From Chlorokybus atmophyticus (lineage: Eukaryota; Plantae; Mesostigma and Chlorokybus algae), in contig RHPI01001965.1 in NCBI GenBank assembly GCA_009103225.1, positions 573,114-637,113 on the forward strand: a DNA stretch of 64,000 nt, given 5' to 3'. Below the pieces are notes generated by a model, which saw nothing but the letters and a program-made list of their open reading frames with translations, was not told the origin of the DNA and made no database searches. The translations under genes were made by a program, and so were the position numbers. The first letter of the stretch is position 1. Each line of letters opens with the position of its first letter. Positions 53,347 to 64,000 of this stretch are shown piece by piece.

Positions 53347-56283
53347 TCATACTGCACGCAATCGCCCAAGGGACTCTGCGTCTGAAGGCTGCCCAGAAGA
53401 AGAGCTATGCCCACTACCATAACCAAAGTCATTGGTTACAGTATGCAATGCTTTGCGCTTCTGCTGCCGACTGCTCTCGACTACGAGTGCTGAGTATGCT
53501 GATGACGCTAAGCTGGGCTTGTACTTAGTCCGTACGCCAATGAACACCACAGTGCACAAGAGCACAGTGATTGCGCACGATCGGAACAAAACAACTGCAC
53601 GAACGCACGCCATAAGCATGCAATCTTGATACACCAAATGTTGCACAAGTGACACACGTCTCACCTGCACCAAAATGGTCGTACACAGTGCCACCAATCA
53701 ACGAACCCACGCCGAAGCCCAGCCCAAATATGCAGCTGGTCATTATGCTCTGCATGGTGCTTTCGAGCCCAGGCGGCGCCAGCTCAGACGACTGCAATGT
53801 GCCGGAGGCATACGCGCAGCCAAATGTGATGCCGTGCAATGGCTCCACGAACAACACCGTCCAGGCTGAAGGCATGATGGAATAGAAACCCAGCCTGCGC
53901 AACACATACCACATTCAACAATGACATGTTGATGCCGGGCAAGCAATGAGTGCTGACCAACACTGCCAGGAGATGGTACCTTACGAAGTAACAGAGAAGT
54001 ACCAATACAAGCGTGCCTTGAATGGTCAAGAGTTCAATAATCCTGCCGCTGAAGAACAACACAGGGACTTCCGCAATGCATGTGACGGTCAGCGACAGTC
54101 CCATCAAGGTTTTGGAAGCGTGGAGCTCCTGCAGGTATAAAAATAGGTAGTTTTCAATTATTCCCATGCACGCTCCGATGACGCACATGATGGCGTAGAA
54201 GCTCGCGGTGTAGATGTCCTTGACTACGACCGAGAAAGCCTCGATGTAATGTTGCAAAAAGGTCGGGGCTGCAATTGTGGGCGCTCTTGCTCGCGAGCGC
54301 AACATTGGCTCATCATCGCTGGACGTAGCCCCAGAAACGTTGCCATTATTAGACTCGACTTGAAGCTCTGTTGTCGGGAGCTTCACGAGTGTAACCCTTT
54401 TGCGAAACGGATATATTGTCGCCAGCGCCATCGTCATTGCAGCAACTGCGACACACAATCGCGCTTGCTTGAGCATGACCTTTACACGCCAACACTTCTT
54501 ATATCGACAATGGATCTATGTTGTTTCCCTATCCTTGACAAAGTGTAATATAAGGTCATCTGGCAGTGTGCTGCCGAACGACTTGTACTCACTGATGATG
54601 TGCATGTAGAAGAGGGAATTCATGGCAGTTGCATCGATGACAGCGCCCGTGATAAGGCTGAAAGTGCCCCAACCTACGGCTCCCCACGCTCGCTGCCACG
54701 CCACATTCGTCAGCTCAACGATATGCGACTGGTGATTTCTCAGCTACTCCCACTGTGCAGCTTCCGCATGCTACAATGTCTCATCTGCACATGCGCATGA
54801 GGTGCTTGCCTTAACTGTGTATAATCAGTTCAAACGAACAAATATGTGTGCAGCTGATGACGATGAGCGCATGATGACACAACACCCACCTGCTTGCCAA
54901 AATCGCCCTTGTTCTCCAGTATGTCGAGCGCCCCCGAGTCCATCAATGGAGCAGCTGTTGAGTTGAAAGACTGCCGACATAATACATTCTCCGTTAGCGA
55001 GACGAACGTCTTTTCTCTCAAACTCAGCTGAGTTGACTGTTGCTTGCCTCAGACCAAATGACAAGCAGCAGCAGCGGCCAGAAGCCTCGCGGGTATTTGG
55101 TGCAGAAGCGTGCCACCGTCGCCACTGCTAGGGTGCCAAAAAGGATGTACTGCAAATATCACATACTCAGTGCAAAGCAAGGCACTGTTACATCCACAAG
55201 TCGTCACGCAGAACAGCAAGACAACCTTTTTGTGACCAGTTCTGTCGGCGAGCGCACCCCACAACGGAGCAGTTGTGGCCGAGACAAAAGGGCGTACCTA
55301 GTTGCATGCGAACAACAAGCATGAAGTAGCAGCGCGTACAACCGTTGCTTCTGCAGGCCTTCTCACACATTGTCGAACATGGGTGGGGTTCAGGGGTTCA
55401 GCTTCATAGCTAATGCAAACTACTAGTTATATACTGCATGCATTGCAACTCCTGCTGAACTTATACTCTCAGCCCACTACTGCATATTGCATGCCATGTT
55501 CAAGCTCAAACAGAGCTCCAGCCGCTACCTCTTGGGCAAGCTGGTAGCCTAAAACTATTAACTGGATGCGTACAACCGTCAAACAGCCCGGGGGGGGGGA
55601 TGGCATTATATAATGCNNNNNNNNNNNNNNNNNNNNNNNNNNNNNNNNNNNNNNNNNNNNNNNNNNNNNNNNNNNNNNNNNNNNNNNNNNNNNNNNNNNN
55701 NNNNNNNNNNNNNNNNNNNNNNNNNNNNNNNNNNNNNNNNNNNNNNNNNNNNNNNNNNNNNNNNNNNNNNNNNNNNNNNNNNNNNNNNNNNNNNNNNNNN
55801 NNNNNNNNNNNNNNNNNNNNNNNNNNNNNNNNNNNNNNNNNNNNNNNNNNNNNNNNNNNNNNNNNNNNNNNNNNNNGGGGGGGGGGTATTGGTAACGTAT
55901 ACCTGCTACTTACCCCAGTGAGAATGCCGATGTACGACTCTGATATTCCAATCATCTTGTAGTAAACTGCACCCACACAATGCATGCCCAATGGTTAAGT
56001 ACCATGCTCTAGCATGTCAAAAGCAAGCAGGTGCAAGCATTGAACACGCTCAGGCAGAGGAGCAACCATGCTGCAGCCGTGGTCTGTTGTTGCTTCTACC
56101 AATACTATGTACAAGTCACAATAGCAAAGAAACAATGCTAGCTGCCAAACCTGGCAGGTAGGGCAGCACGCACACAAGGCTTCCGAAGTACCCGCAGTAT
56201 GCTGCCTTCACCACTAGCAGCCGCCTGTTCACGCCTGGCCACCATCCAGCTTGGTGATGATCATGATGCTCGTCGTCCACCAT
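53347..56283 (-). CDS. Major facilitator superfamily transporter, MFS_1-like/MFSD6-like
   Basis: RLLVVKAAYCGYFGSLVCVLPYLP|VYYKMIGISESYIGILTG|VRPFVSATTAPLWGALADRTG, QRAWGAVGWG, ENYLFLYLQEL..LMGLSLTVTCIAEVPVLFFSG, EPLHGITFG and GLGFGVGSLIGG. Confidence 0.9.
55617..55876. other. Assembly gap (N run), intronic in the MFS gene
   Basis: N run flanked by poly-G; the flanking exons join in phase. Confidence 0.99.
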
Positions 56284-56891
56284 GGCTCCAAGCGAACATG
56301 CGCCGCACCCTCACAACCACCGCCGCCGCTTCTCCCACTCTGCTGACGCTTGAGCTGGCTACTGTACGTGTGTCAGCTGCTGCTTATTGGCGGCGGCGGC
56401 ATTGAACTGGAGCGGAACGCCGTGGAAGGAAGGGAAGGCATGCCGAAGAAAGGCAAGACAGGCTTGCTTACAGAGTCGCGTCTGTGTGTTGGTTGCAGAA
56501 GTGCAGCGTTTACAAGCTGGTCTGGGCCAGGGATGCTGCACTGAACCCAGCTGCTGCTGCCCGCAGTGCCCGAGAGGCAATTGCTTTGTTTACTATTTGT
56601 GCAACATGCAGCATTGCTAACCTACTTGCTCGCTTGTCTGCTTGCCTGCCCTCCTTGCTTATAGCATTGGTCCAAAGTAGTTCGAAGCAGCTGCGGCTGG
56701 CTGCCTTGTGAACTTTTGCTTTACACGAACAGCGTCATTGAAAGCATACTGACGGCTCTTGCGGCATGCATGCACATGTGCTTAAGCACTGCTGGGACAT
56801 TCATACATTGCAGCAAAGCATGCGCAAAAACTCTACAATACTTGTCGGACTTGCGGGTAGTTGATGCATTGAATCACGCAGTGAAAAATAG

Positions 56892-57833
56892 TTGGGAGTA
56901 CCGAGTGAACCACAAGCTCCCCGCCAACGATCTCGCGGCCGCGGCGAGCCTCCTGAGCGTGGTCCATCTCTTCAAGGGAGTGCCCGAGCAGGAAGAGCGC
57001 GCGGACGTGTACTGGCGCACTCCCGACAACATTTCCCTCAAAGAGCGCGGAGGTGGTGCCGACCTCCTTGAACTAAAGGTACACACCACTGTGCTGGTTA
57101 TTCGGCACAGACTGAAACTACGTGTATCTGGAAATAACAACACACCTATACCATATGTACAGTAGCAGTTCAAGTGACCACACCCATCAATAATAGTAAC
57201 TACACTCTCACCAGTGACACCCACTGGCAGACCACCTCCAAGCACTGGAGGTGGTCTGCCAGTGCTTCTGAGAACAAAAGCAATCCATAATGCCATCAAG
57301 CTACCAAGCTGCCAACCCAAAGCCTGCAACGCATTTGTTTCTACTCAACTGTAGACCACTTTGCCGCCAAAGTGGTCTACAGTTGAATACCAACATACAA
57401 CATTGACTGCATGTGACAGGTTTGCAAGGCGCAGCATCCTCAGTGCTTTGGGCTGGAAGATTGGGTGAAGCATGCTGTGGACGGGCAGGCGGACTTGGAA
57501 AGCAAGCTGTTGATGGAGGGGCTGCATCCGACTGCGCTGACGGACTCCCTGGCATCGCCTCTGCGCATCATCACGCGCAAGCGACGTGTGCAGGCCAAAA
57601 TGTCCATTGCTCAGGGCGTCAAGCTGGAGCAAACTGATTTGGTCATTGAATTTGTTGGCACAAACATCCCGCCCTCGCACTGGCGAAGCATAGCTCTTGG
57701 CGGCAAGGCTCCTGAAAGCCTGCAAGCTGCCCTCCCAATGCTTGCCCAAGCGGGTCTCCCCAACTCCAATGCGAGCACCGTGTTTGTAGGAGCATACCCC
57801 GCGCTCTTCAACTACATCCTGCAGGGAGGATGA
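56892..57833 (+). CDS. Uncharacterised CYTH-like (triphosphate tunnel fold) protein; first exon not located
   Basis: Exons 56892-57078 (WEYRV..EERADVYW..SLKERGG..LLELK) and 57420-57833 (GLEDWVK..ITRKRRVQ..LEQTDL..WRSIAL..GAYPALF*). The pattern resembles bacterial CYTH-like domains, as recalled. Confidence 0.6.
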
Positions 57834-58611
57834 AAGCTGAAGTAATGCAACTCTGAAGGTATGGTTGTTGATTGCCGTTGAAGTTTGTTGGCTCGGCAGC
57901 AGCGGCTATAACATCAAGGGCTGGTGCTGCAGTGCTCAGCAGAAACTGCTCACAAGAGATACAATAAGATTGACAAGGAAACCTGCCCTTACGCGGATCT
58001 CCATTAGTATCTTTTTACTAATATAGCGTCGAGATGCGCCGCACAGCCAGATGTTTTGTGTGTTGGTGCCGCACTACTGGTACAAGCTGAGCCACGGACG
58101 GCATGCAGCTCTTAGCTAAGTCAGGTTGCACCCTTACGTCAACTGCTAGTCGTTGCATAGAGAGTATATAGCTGCCAAGGCAGTAGTCTACTTATTGCAA
58201 TAGTCTGCTTAATGGTGAGTACCAGGATGATTGAGCTTTGTACGAACCAGTGCACACATCATCATGACTGATAGCAGCCTCACACCTGCGGTGTCAAATT
58301 ATGGACATATATTCGTGCTGTTACATTGTGAAATCAGGCAACTCGCAATGCTACTCCATGCAGGGATGTGTGAACAGTCACCAGCAACTCAGCAGCCAGG
58401 TGTCGACCGACCCATTGATGTGCAAACGAGGCATTCTGCCAAAGCTGCAGGCCAGGCCCAAATGTATAAAAGCCCAAAGCTGAACACTGCACACTACTAT
58501 GATATATAAACAACGGGTCCTTTAAGTATACACAACCAACCATTATTTGGTCTAAGTGGCGCACGTAACACATTGCTGCTTATTGACACTAAACGTCAAC
58601 ACCACTGACCA

Positions 58612-61600
58612 TCAATTAATGTGCGCAAAATGGTTAGACTTGGCCATCATGTCGTCCAAGTCGACCCAGTGGTTGCCGTTGTTGTCAGACCTAACATCGC
58701 GGTTGAGCTGCATCTGCTCAGCCAAATTGTTCATCCTGTCAAGCCCCTTGACACTCTGAAGCAGGATGCCATCATGGCCATTGCCGTTGCCATGGCCGTT
58801 CGGCTGCAAGCGCTCCATTCTGCTCCTCCACAGCTGCGCAGCATTTGTGATGAGCTCTGCTGCCGCGTCTGTGCCCATCCCCAACATCTGACTGATCTCC
58901 TGAACGCGCTCGTGCTCGGAGGTCAGGTTCTGAATTGCCGTGATGGCACGACCGTCATCAGTCTTGTGCTTGACCACCTTGAGGTGCTTGTCGGCGAACA
59001 CAGCCACCTGCGGGAGATGTGTCACGCACAGCACCTGCGTGTTGCCAAACTCCGAAAGTCGGCGCAGTGCGTCTCCCACGCGAGAGCCCAACCGACCACC
59101 CACACCGCTGTCCAACTCGTCAAAGACAGCAACAGGCGAACCAGCTGTGCCCGAAGCACCTGTTGACACATCACTCAGTCAACATCACCTACGATTAACA
59201 TTTAATGCACTGAAAGTTACTGCTTTGCACTCTCGACAACTCACCTGGTGTGGTCTTCAAGGCAAGCATGATGCGGGCGCTCTCTCCACCGGATGCAACA
59301 TGGGCGAGGGGGCGGAGGGGCTCGGCCGGGCTGGCGGCCAGAAGGAAGGTGACGCTGTCGAGGCCGTTGGAGGTGTACTTGTACAGGGCGTCCGGCTCTT
59401 CCCCGAGCTGTTCTGCCTCACCGACTCTGAATGAGTTGGACCCGCTGCCCCAGAGCGGCACATCCCCGTTCTCGCCGCCATCCAGACCCAAGCCCATTAC
59501 ACGGTAAGCCGAGGGGTCCGCCTCAGTCCAGTTGATCTTCACATGGAACTGGCTACCCTCCATCCCAAGCTGGGCGAGGGAGCTCTCAACGGCCTGCTTC
59601 AGCCCGCTCACAGCCTCGCGCCGGCGGCGGCTCAGCTCCACTGCCGCCTCGCCCATCTGCCGCGCCAGCTGCCTGCGCTCGTGCACAATCGACTCCTTTC
59701 GCTGCTGCAGATTTTCGAGATCGTCCAGTGTGGACTGCGCCTCCTCTGCCGCAAGTAGCAGTGCGTCAAAGCTGGGTTGCCTGTACCGGTACTTCAACTT
59801 GTCAAGGTCCTTCAGACGCTTGGACACCACGTCATAGCGACGATCTGAGAACTGCGTCCCCATCGCAAACGTCTCAACCCGAGACTCCGCCTGCACATGC
59901 AAAGACATTGGTTTACTCCACGCAGATGCAACAAGTTGCCAGCAGCGCATAGCATGCGTCATGCCACTGCATGAGAACGAAGGCAAGGCCAATGACCGGT
60001 ATGTACCTCCATCAGCAGGGTCTCTGCCTGCATGACCAAGTCAAGCGCGTCGTTGATGAGCTTGGCGCCGTCATCCTCCTCCAGTAATTCCTCTTCTTCT
60101 GCCAGCTCATCATTGTCATCGTCAGGAGGCGGCCCCTGCTGCTCCGCCTGCAAGCCCTGCAGCTCCCGCGTGATGGCCTTCAGAGTGCTGTACACGCTCC
60201 CCGAGGATCCGTGACTGGTCACCACCCCGGCAGAGAACGCAGAGTGCGCACGCTGGCAAGCTTCAATGGTGGCACGGCTGTTTTCAAGCTGCCTCAACTC
60301 CGCACGCAACTTGACTTCCTCTCCCTGAATTATGTTCGCCGCAGCAACGTCCTGTAGACAGTTGCATGCATGAATAACATGGCTGCTTGAAGGCATGACT
60401 GGTATGCATAGAAGCGGAGAGGACACTTGCATGTAAAACTTAGGTGCAAGTTCACTATGGCTTACCTCGATCAGGTCCATCAGATCATCGGCATCGGTGT
60501 TGGTGGCACGGTTGATCTGTTCAGCAGCTTCACCAAGGGAGCGCGCCTTGAGGGCAAGCTGTGCAAACTCCATGGCCGCCTGCGTGGTGCCGGCATAGCG
60601 GTCGAGCAGGGCCAGTTGGGCACTTTCGCTGAGCAACGTGTTCTGAACGTTCTGCCCGTTGATGTCAACAAGGGCAGATCCAAGCGCGCGAAGCACCCGC
60701 AGGGGGACGATCACGCCATTAACGCGGCAGATTGTCTTCGCACGAACATAACCGGAAGAGGTCATCCCATTTGACGTGCTCGGCTGATCGTCAAGGACAA
60801 TCTCTCTACGCAAATACAGCCGGCAGCCGTCCTGGCTGAGAGAAGCAGTCGGCAGAGCACTCTCATAGTTGGCGAGCACGCTCTTTATAGCACGAATCTG
60901 GTGCCCCGCAACAAGGACTTCACCCTCTATGAGAGCACTTGTTGCAGGAGGACGCACGCAATCATCTATGAGGGGAGCTCCAAGCAGCTGCAGATGATTT
61001 CGGTTAGCAAACAGACGGACAGCTTAAGCGCAAGACTGTGGACCACATGCTGATCAAAGAGACACAAGGTTACCCGGCTGGCAAGATGAAACACAGCCAA
61101 GCTATGCTGAGATGGTCACCTGAGAAACAGCGCCCAACAGGACGGATTTGCCGGCACCACTCTCGCCAGTAACAACATTCAGCCCGGGCAAGAACTGCAC
61201 CATCTGTTCTTCTATCAATGCAAAGTTCCTGAGAACACAGAAGACGTATCAGACCCATGCTTTCACGCTTTCAAAGGTTTCCCCACTGCCTGTGTCAATC
61301 AACATCATAGATGCCTGCTTGATATTATTGTAGACAACAGGCATGGCGCTAACCAGTGCTGTGCAAGATGGTGCCACAAGAAGGATAGCGACCACTGACA
61401 TCGCCCACACGCAACTAGAATTGTCTGCCATTTCCAGCAAAACACGTTCTTGACGGCAAAAAGGCAGCAGCGTTGAGTGTGATGCTTGCTTGCTCACCTG
61501 ATGTTGATGCCACGGATGTACGTGTGGTGGATGGGAAGCATGAAGTCGGCGTCCGAGGCGCCGTTGGTCATCATGGACGAGGCGGAGAAGGCCTTCCTGG

Positions 61601-61958
61601 CTCTGCCTCTGGGCTTCCTGGGGGAGCTTGGGACGGGAGAGGCGGCGGTGGCCGGGGGTGGCGGTTGCGTTGCTGCCGGGACAGGCATGTGCGGACCGGA
61701 GGCGGTGGCTCTGATCGTGGTGGAGATGGTGGAGGTGGAGGTGGAGGATGACGAGCCAGCTGCAGCGGAGAGGCGCCGAAGCTGAACCTGAACCTGCGCC
61801 CACTGCAAGCTGTTGCCGCCAGCCTTCCACGCAACCCCTCCCTCATGCACCGGCAGCTGCCTCCCTGCAACCCGCCTGCCCAGCCGCCCCAGCGCCGCTG
61901 CCGTCGCCATCGCGGCCGGCACCGCTGCCGGCACGGCGGCCGCCGCCGACGTCGGCAT
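58612..61958 (-). CDS. recN: Bacterial-type DNA repair ATPase RecN (SMC-like) with organellar transit peptide
   Basis: INIR|NFALIEE..GLNVVTGESGAGKS (Walker A), ICRVNG, VDINGQN (Q-loop), LLDRYAG, PLAHVASGGESARIMLALK (signature), VFDELDSGVGG (Walker B/D-loop), QVLCVTHLPQVA (H-switch) and ERVQEISQMLG. Six exons; ~140-aa Ala/Ser/Arg-rich presequence. Confidence 0.93.
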
Positions 61959-63449
61959 GCCTGCTGCCGCCGCCTCACAACCCCCACCTCCACAACCCCA
62001 CTAACTAAGCTCCCAAACACACCCCTGACCTACCCCACACCGCCGCCCGAGCTGCCGCCGCCGCCGCCGCCAACTACAACCACAACTACAGGCCTACGGA
62101 TGGCAGCGACAAGCACATGCGCGAGCAGAGGAGAGTCTCCGCCACAGGCCAGGCTAGCAGAGCCGCAGCCTCAGCCGCAGCCAGCATGGCTAATGAAAAG
62201 CAAAAGTGCAGTTGTGTGGCAAATTTAGCAATTGCATGAGACTGTCTGCCACTGATTTAGACACGACTACGGTGAGACACCGTGTACAGAGCTGCCCGTT
62301 GAGGGATAGATTGGGATTTCGTTGTTGTGAATTTCATGCATTCCGGGCTCGCGGAGTGAAGCTGAGCCACAAATCATGGGCGTGGAAGGCGATTTAGGAC
62401 GGCAGCAATCACACGTGGCGTAGGGAAAAGGGAGTGGGGCCCACTCAGTGGGCAGCGGAATTACCACGCATAAAGTGTGGCCCACACTTTATGTCTCGGT
62501 ACTCAATGGATATGCATCCCACCCATTATCCGGATCGGTTGTTTGCTAGCAACGGGTCGTTAGTTATTGTCTGCGAGCTGACTTTGCGCCGTACGGATAC
62601 GGGCTAAACGGAATCGGCTTTCCTCAACGACGGCCTGCCGCTGCCTGTACGACTGTGAGGTTCCCATGGCTAATTCGGGGACAACCTCCAAACTCTTGCC
62701 TACATCTTATCGCAGTCCACTAAGCTTTGCAAGGATTGCTGCGGGGTGCGGTAGAATTTCTACCGCAGCATCCACATTCTGCGCCTGAGTTTCCAAGCCA
62801 CGAGTCTGGCTTGTCACTGACAAGTTGCCACGCACGGGGAAAAGTTTCCCGACGACAAGTCAGACTCGTGCATGGTATGAGCCGGTTCTGTCGGCGGCCG
62901 TTGCAACGGACCAGTCTCGACCCCGATCGCGGGCGCTCAGCTCGTGATCAGGCGCCACGTGATCTGGACTCAGATGTTCAGTGAAGCCCTGATCAGCCAG
63001 TGGTTGAAGGCGCACACGTCAGCGACGACGTCGTTGTCGGCATCGGCGTTGCGAGAGAAAACGGGAGGAAGAGGGTTTTGCTTTCGGGCGGTAACTGAGG
63101 CTGCGAAGGCCCAGCACGCAGCTTTCCAGGCCCTTTAGCCCGCAGCTCAGTTGCTTAGCAAGTGCCAGGCAAGGCAGCTTGGGATTGTGCTGAATTGTTC
63201 CGCAACAGTCTGTTAACAGTGATTTGGTCTGCGTGCTTGTGAGAACTGAAGATTGTCAGGGGTTGAGTATTCAATCGTTTCCCTGCATTGTTCTTATTAC
63301 GCATGCATCTGCAACCCTCCCTAGATCAACTTTCTACCATCAACCTGTGCTATGGGGGACGAGGGGGACTGGTCGCCTGTGCTGCCTGCTGTGGTGAGCA
63401 AGACGCAGTCATCTACACTGTCTCTCTGTGTGTATAGGTGTGCATGCGT

Positions 63450-63850
63450 GTGCACCTGTGCGTGCATGCGTGCGTCAACTGGTGTGCTACTCGTGGACAG
63501 TTTTACAACTGTTGCGTGATCGCAGGCGAATTTACCAGCAGCAGCGCTGCCCAAAGCTTCAGTAAAGCAGCTGACTCCCCACCCAAATTTCACCGGCACA
63601 CTTAGGCGGCTACATCTGAACGAGTGCCCTTACCCACCTTCCCCAAAGGTACGCCACTTCCCACATCACCACACACTGTCTCTTTGGTCAACCAACTCAA
63701 CGAACCAAATGCCCACTTACACAGGTTCAGGAAGCCATACGCAAGGCTGCTGAGACGGTCAACCTCTATCCCGATCCGCGCTGCGAGGAGCTTGCGTCTG
63801 CGCTTGCGGCGAGGCTCCAAGTCGATGCGGCGCAGATTGTTGTGGCCAAT
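63450..63850 (-). CDS. Internal exons of an unidentified gene continuing beyond the right edge
   Basis: cag|DLLAAIGHNNLRRIDLEPRRKRRRKLLAARIGIEVDRLSSLAYGFLNL bounded by splice-like signals; the upstream sequence is CA-repeat intron-like. Confidence 0.4.
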
Positions 63851-64000
63851 GGCAGCGAGCAGATCCTGCATGTGAGACACACAACCGCACAAGTGTATTC
63901 GTGCATATGCGTGTGCGTGTGTATATGCATGCGAGCGGATGTGCATGTGCGTGTTTGTGGGCGTGCACATTTGCGTGTGCAAGTGAGTGCGTGTGCATGT

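Overview
Intron-rich eukaryotic nuclear DNA from a green-lineage organism. Plastid transit peptides, plant-type HEN1, PEX6 and TENA_E, and a bacterial-type RecN suggest an early-diverging green or streptophyte alga (inference). I assembled spliced gene models by eye from GT/GC-AG boundaries and family motifs recalled from memory; no database search was run. About 13 protein-coding genes: PAC3/PSMG3, a CENP-Q-like coiled-coil protein, TENA_E with a duplicated first exon, a membrane-anchored IAH1-like SGNH esterase, a 2OG-Fe(II) oxygenase, PEX6, HEN1, a CRTISO-like oxidoreductase, a VHL-beta/DUF151 fusion, a Rieske oxygenase, an MFSD6-like transporter, a CYTH-like protein and RecN. Also present: an intron-containing DD35D pogo transposon with intact TIRs and TA duplication but an internal deletion, set in AT-rich decayed repeat DNA; a ~0.9 kb duplication of the convergent 2OG/PEX6 3' ends with reciprocal decay and an orphan ORF set between the copies; microsatellite-rich introns; and three N gaps. 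No rRNA, tRNA or CRISPR array was found. The best leads are the VHL-beta + DUF151 fusion with an apparently conserved hydroxyproline pocket, the CENP-Q-like gene, the spliced pogo, the TENA_E alternative first exons and the organellar RecN.
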